Shown in pieces: positions 58,080 through 64,000 of a stretch of 64,000 bases of DNA. Made by a program: the position numbers and the translations under genes. The notes under the pieces are model-generated. The model saw only the letters and a list, made by a program, of their open reading frames with translations. It searched no databases and had not been told where the DNA came from. The DNA is from the human T2T-CHM13v2.0 reference genome, Homo sapiens: assembly GCF_009914755.1 (NCBI RefSeq), contig NC_060931.1. One strand, given 5' to 3'. Every line of letters begins with the position of its first letter. Positions within the stretch are counted from its first letter, which is position 1.

Positions 58080-59520
58080 AAAAAAATGTATGGAACAAAT
58101 AAAAGAAAGTTTAAGGGGCATAAGAAACAGATATAGAAAGAGCAGGGTGTCTTTAATTCCAGAAACACAGAATAAAAAACTTAGAAAAGAAAATAATACA
58201 TGAAATAAATAAAACTTCTCAGTATTGACAGCAAGCAAGCCTTTATACTAACATAACTCATAAGATGCCAAACAAGATAACGCATACATATACAGGTTCT
58301 GATGACACAACAGAACTCCAAATACAGAAATGCAAGTCCTCAAGGTGTCCAGAGAGGGAGAGAGCGATACAAGTAGAGAGAGCAACACATTTTTCTTCAA
58401 AAAGTATACAAAATAGAAAGAACAAAAAATCTATCACAAGCAATAAGGCATGCTGAAAAACACTGGAGAAGTACCCTCAATATTCTGAGGAAAAGGATTT
58501 GGGAGTTAAATGTCTATGCTCAGATGAAATGTCAGTCCAGTCTGACAATAAAATGAGTATATTATTAGCTATTCGAAGACTTCAAATTTCTTTCAATTAT
58601 ATCCAAAAAATTTCACCATGTTGTCCTAAGGTTTATATATATATATTAGAGATATATGATATAAAATTGTATATATTGTACAGATGATATATAATCATAT
58701 AGATGATATATAAGCATATGATATATAATCATATAGATGATATGTAAATGTATATATGATAAATAATTACATAGATAATAGAAAAAGTTGGGAATTTCAT
58801 GACTAGCCTGGTCAACATGGTGAAACCCCGTGTCTACTAAAAATACAAAAATTAGCCAGGCGTGGTGTTAGGCTCCTGTAATCCCAGCTACTCAGAAGGC
58901 TGAGGCTGCAGAATGGCTTGAACTCGGGGGGCAGAGATGGCAGTGAGCCAAGACCTCACCACTACACTCCAGCCTGGGCAACAGAGCAAGACTCTGTTTC
59001 AAAAACAAAAAACAAAAAACAAAAAAATAAAACACACACAGTTGGAAAAACTGTGAATGATGTAAAGGAAACAATAGCTGTGAAAATAAATTTTAAAGGA
59101 ATATACTTTGATTAAGCTTTGAGAGATTATCACTTAAGTGGCACTTAAGTTTTAACCACGGGGGATTATTTATATATAAATCCTGTCAGACTGCTTCTTT
59201 CTGTAGTTGGTGAAGTGTGAGTTCTACTGTTAACGGAGGTAGAGATTTTAGAACATACCAGTAGACAGACTGTGGGACACTCAATTAAATGGCAAAACAT
59301 CCACAATACCAACAATAATAACCCAAATCCTCCCAATTAAGAGGTGAAGTGGGGAGAGACATACTGAGGAAGCAAATAAATTTACAAGCTAAATGTGCTT
59401 AATGTTGATAAAACAAACCACAGAAAGCTGGTTTTACTTTGTATTTTTTACCTTTCTAGTTGTGTTTGTTTGATTTTACTTTTTATTTATGAATATGCAT
59501 TCCTTTGAGATTTAAGAGAA
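58080..59520 (+). mobile_element. Ancient L1/HAL1-like ORF1 remnant (boundaries uncertain)
   Basis: A-rich; ACTGGAGAAGTACCCTCAATATTCTGAGGAAAAGGATTT resembles the ORF1 C-terminal region. Confidence 0.4.
58790..59035 (+). mobile_element. AluS, 5'-truncated, with a (CAAAAAA)n tail
   Basis: GACTAGCCTGGTCAACATGGTGAAACCCC..CACTCCAGCCTGGGCAACAGAGC. Confidence 0.9.
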
Positions 59521-59619
59521 ACAATATTTTTGAAAAGACAGAATACTTAAAAAGTAAATACTTTTCCAATAAGGGCTTGTTCTGTGCTTTATAAATGATG
59601 TCTCTGTCTGCACCCTCAA

Positions 59620-59797
59620 TGAGTGAGTAATCAAGCTCCACCAGGCCTGTTTCACAGGGGCACTAGTCCCATTCATTCAGGCTCTGCCCTCATGACCTTA
59701 CCACCTCCTAAAGGCCCTACCTCTTAATGCCGTTGCATTGCGGATTAGGTTTCAACATATGAATTTTGAGGGCGGCACAAACATTTAGACCATAGCA
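59620..59797 (-). mobile_element. MLT1A-type LTR 5' portion
   Basis: GGGCACTAGTCCCATTCAT..GCCCTCATGACC..CAACATATGAATTTTG..AGACCATAGCA. Confidence 0.75.
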
Positions 59798-60181
59798 GTT
59801 GAATTCATTTTCCTCCTCACATCTGGAAATATGATTACTTTAAGTTACCTTCTTAGTGTCACACATAGCCTGGTAACTAAGCCTGTGTGTACTCATTTTA
59901 TTTATGCTGATAATCCACAAAGATCTCTTTAATTTGATTCAATCAAATATAGATTATATAAACTTTATTGAAAGTCTTAGACATATAACTCAAATATCTG
60001 CTTGGCATGGATGGCCTGGGAAGCTAAATGCAGTCCTAATATTGTTGTCTTTAGTTTTCTGCATGCAGTCAATAGCAGAGACAATTCCCATTGTGTCTAT
60101 CATATCATACACCACATAGTAATTGTTGGGCAAAACATGTTTTTTTAAAAATTAATTGGTCACAAACTATTTTAATTTTAA

Positions 60182-60483
<302 letters not shown>

Positions 60484-60499
60484 TATGGACTTTACCTCT

Positions 60500-60960
60500 C
60501 AAATTTCACAAGACTTTCTAGTTGCCAAAACAAAATGATCTTCCCTCACCTATACTGATGTTACTGCAATCACTGGAATTATCTCATACTGTTGTCCAAT
60601 CTCTCCTGATTATAAACCTCCTATGGTTTAGTTTCTGAAAAGTCCATTTTTTAATTAATATGTTTTTGTCTCTTGACCCTTTCCTGACTGCTCTTCTTTA
60701 ATCAGCCCTTAAGCTCCCAGCCTTAGCTTTTCCCACTCTGATCTCCTAGAAAAATAACCTTTTCTGCTATGACCAAAGTGTGTTCCATTTGGTTAGTCCT
60801 TCAGTATCTCTCACCCTGATATTTGTCCCAAATTGCAAAGAAAATGTCCAGACTTCAGCCTATGGATGCCCCATCAATTCCCCAGTTCGACATCTCCAAC
60901 AGTTTTTACTGTTTCTCTATCCTCCCAAATTAGGTCTGTGCCTGGATCTGCCGTCACAGC
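60500..60960 (+). mobile_element. L2 remnant
   Basis: GACTTTCTAGTTGCCAAA..GTCCAGAC..TGGATGCCCC..CGACATCTCCAA; pyrimidine-rich. Confidence 0.5.
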
Positions 60961-61598
60961 TGAGGGTGACTCTGTCTTTCCTGCATGTGCAGCCCTGACA
61001 GTTCACCAGCATTTGCTTCCTCCCTCATTTTCTTCTTCCATGACTCCGCCTTTTCCTTGATTTTCCACTTCCAACCAGTGACCACCAGTAAACCACATGT
61101 AGAAGGATGAAAAGAATACTTCTGAGTCATACTTGAGGAAAAACAGATGCTGGACTACACACAGTTCCCCCCCTACCCCTACCCCCCGGCCTTCTTTTTC
61201 CTTTTAACTCGAATAGAAACTGAGGTAAGAACTAATAACCATATAGGGATGGAGGAAGATGCCATATACTGAAAGGAGGATTTCTGGAAAGGGCAGGACT
61301 GTGTGGATTAACTGAAGACACATTGAATGAGCCATCTGATTCCACTCTGTGTGGAGCCTTGACTCCGTGAATTCACCTGCAAACATTTTATTAATAAACT
61401 GAGAAACAGTAAGGGCTGATGACAGCTTCAGGCAGACCCAGGTCATGGGCTTAAGCTGCCTTGAAAAACCTACAGTCAATCTTGGTTCCTTACGTCTATT
61501 TGAGCAATGTCTCCGTATTCTTCCCCACTTTGCACTGTAAGTGCCAGATTTCCTAGTTTAGATCCTCTTCATTAGTCTTTGCCATCTGTATTAATAAT

Positions 61599-61753
61599 TG
61601 CTATGGTTTGAATATTTGTGCCCCTGCCCCAAATTCCTATGTGGAGATTCTAACCACCAGGAGAATGATACTAGAGCATGGGGCCATTGAGGGGTGATTA
61701 GATCATCAGAGCAAAGCCTTCTTCAACTGGAATAATGCCCTGATGAAAGAGAC
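61599..61753 (+). mobile_element. MLT1A-type LTR 5' fragment
   Basis: TGCTATGGTTTGAATATTTGTGCCCC..AAATTCCTATGTGGAGATTCTAACC..GTGATTAGATCAT. Confidence 0.75.
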
Positions 61754-62187
61754 AACTTATAAAAACAATTATGCCATTCAAGTCCTGAAAAATACATGAT
61801 CATGTAAGAATTAAGTACAAATATTTCAGTGTCTGTCAAATCTCACTACATATTGTATTCACATCTACTCTCTTCTCCTGTAATGCTCCTAGCCATACCC
61901 AAAGCCAAATTCCATTTTTCAAATAAGTGACTATTCCTTGTTTAAACCTGGCATAAGTATCTCATTGATACCTTTGGAAAGTACACTGTCACTAGTCTGC
62001 CTTGCTAATTAAAGAAGGGCATTGACTTCTTCTAGGGATTTTCTGATGCACTGTAAGAATTCATTATTGTGTTTTGACATGTCATAACATCCTCCAGAAA
62101 ACCAGGACATAAATGGACTTTCTTTCTGCTCCTTACACTGTTCTAGCTTATGTGATTTGATTTGTTTTTTTTGTTTTGAAACATCAT

Positions 62188-62543
62188 TGTATTAGTCTGT
62201 TTTCATGCTGCTGATAAAGACATAACCGAGACTGGGAAGAAAAAGAGCTTTAATTGGACTTACAGTTCCACGTGGCTGGGGAGGCCTCAGAATCATGGTG
62301 GGAGGTGAAAGACACTTCTTACCCAGTGGCAGCGAGAGAAGAAATGAGGAAGGTGAAAATGCGGAACCTCCTGATAAAACCATCAGATCTCAAGAGACTT
62401 ATTCACTACCATGAGAAGGGTATGGGGAAAACCACCCCCATGATTCAAATTATCTCCCACCAGTCCCTCCCACAACACATGGGAATTATGGGAATCCAAT
62501 TCAAGATGAGATTTGGGTGGGGACACAGAGCCAAACCATATCA
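62188..62543 (-). mobile_element. THE1C-type MaLR solo LTR
   Basis: TGTATTAGTCTGTTTTCATGCTGCTGATAAAGACATA..CCAAACCATATCA; perfect 5-bp TSD atcat at 62183-62187 and 62544-62548. Confidence 0.92.
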
Positions 62544-62859
62544 ATCATAGTTCATATTTTTTTCTTCTTTACAGAAAGGTCAGCTATTGTATATTTGCTA
62601 CGATGGTTATTTTCACTAATTCCAAATTTCTTAAATTTTCCAAGATTTGATATAACTCAGCTTACAATGATAAAATTTAACAATATTGAAGCTTTTAGAA
62701 TTTGCTCCCACAGTATCCATTAATGGATTCCAAATAAAGACAAGGTAAATGGACTCCTACTGAAAAATATTTCCTGATTTTCCACAGTGTTCTGGAGAGT
62801 TAAGAATGTCAGAACACTGATGACAACATACCTGACTTCTTAATATAGTAGTGGTTTAG

Positions 62860-63105
62860 GTAATGATCATAGAACAAATGCTTATGTGATATTTACTCAG
62901 TGCCAGGTAACTCTCAAAGGACTTTACATGCATTAACTAGTATACTCTTTACCATTACCCTATGTGGTAAGTTCTATTGCTATCCTCATTTTACAGATCA
63001 GGAAACTACAGCTTTGAGAGGCAATAAAATATTTACTGAGGTCACATGGCTAAAAATTGACAGAGACAAAATATTTGCATTAAGGCTTCTAACCACTTTG
63101 CTATA
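62860..63105 (-). mobile_element. MIR
   Basis: GTGCCAGG..CTTTACATGCATTAACT..ATCCTCATTTTACAGATCAGGAAACT..GGTCACATGGCTA. Confidence 0.8.
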
Positions 63106-64000
63106 TCAGCCCTCATGTCTAAAATGTAAATTGCCTCAGGTAGACAGATTTTATTCACTGTTTTGATTTCCTCATGGCTTTCTTCATGAACCTCAGCCTC
63201 TAATGTGAAGAAACAAATCTTTGCTTTGCAGTATGTTCAAGCATCTAATCACATGTTTGGTGGGACACTGGAACATAGCATCCTTTGATAATTTATTTTA
63301 CACAGTTGTATTCTGTTTCGCTATTTTACACGGGGATGGCTATTCTATGAAAATGTGGAAGTATTTGATCCAAATCTTATAGAATACTTTTGTGCTCAAA
63401 CCTCTATAAATAGGCCTGCAGTGGTCTTGTCTGCTTTGTGAGGCATTGCCTGTGTCCTCAGAATCTGTTTGAAGAGTTTCCATGTTAACTTCAGGGCCTC
63501 ACATGAGGTATCCCTGGATCCTGATCCTGGGGAGGCTGCAGCGGGGCTTAGCGCCACAAGAGGTGACCCTTCATCACATGCCGCTCAAAATCACAGAAAT
63601 CACAACATCTCAAGTGCCAAAGCAAAAATAAGGCCAAATAAGGAAGAGAGCATCAATCTCTCCTTCCTGATGTTTCTCTTGTAAGCTTTAAGGCCACATG
63701 GGGGATGTAAGGAGGGTGATTCCAATTATATTTCCTCTAAACTGGACTGCATAATTGAGAATAAAGTGAGCTGATTTTTTAAATTGCAGTGGAGCAACAG
63801 AGATAAACTGGCCATTTCCCAGGTGTACAAACTGATGTACACATGGTCACACTGGAAATAGAAAAATCAACAAATACATAAACATAATGACCACAAGCTC
63901 TGACTCATTATCTCATGTCTGACCAACAATTGTGCCTTAGTTCATAGAAGAATCATTAGCCTCCAAGTTTGGCAGATGAAGCTTGGAAAACCTTTAAACA

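Noticed and set aside
59131-59150. Tandem palindrome cacttaagtg-g-cacttaagt (NKX-like sites)
   Set aside because: Short, inside a decayed repeat, and compatible with chance or micro-duplication.
62272-62284. PRDM9 hotspot motif in the THE1 LTR
   Set aside because: Reads CCTCCCCAGCCAC on the minus strand and lacks the T at position 7 of CCNCCNTNNCCNC.

Overview
Primate (human-like, catarrhine) AT-rich non-coding genomic DNA. I find no supportable protein-coding exon, RNA gene or CRISPR array; the listed ORFs I could recognise translate Alu, L1 or LTR remnants or simple repeats, and the rest look like chance frames. Much of the window is interspersed repeat: Alu/FLAM copies (two nested), old L1 fragments (two with 5' inversions), L2/MIR, a MER58 DNA transposon and many solo LTRs (MaLR MST/MLT1/THE1, MLT2, MER41B, MER51, MER74, LTR8). 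Repeat family names come from recalled consensus similarity, not a RepeatMasker run, so subfamily calls and old-element boundaries are approximate. Main points of interest: (1) a 116-bp, 100%-identical templated copy of an L1/MER51 junction inserted 1744 bp downstream into an LTR8, flanked by a 7-bp duplication; (2) a four-LTR cluster at 49.9-53.3 kb; (3) a MER41B whose two STAT1 GAS sites are altered, one to STAT6-type spacing; (4) an orphan CpG-rich island at about 5.1-6.6 kb; (5) an ~800-bp self-complementary AT-rich array apparently grown from an Alu-monomer tail; (6) an AluY without a target-site duplication that sits at a ~470-bp gap in an L1. I found no convincing new multi-gene system.
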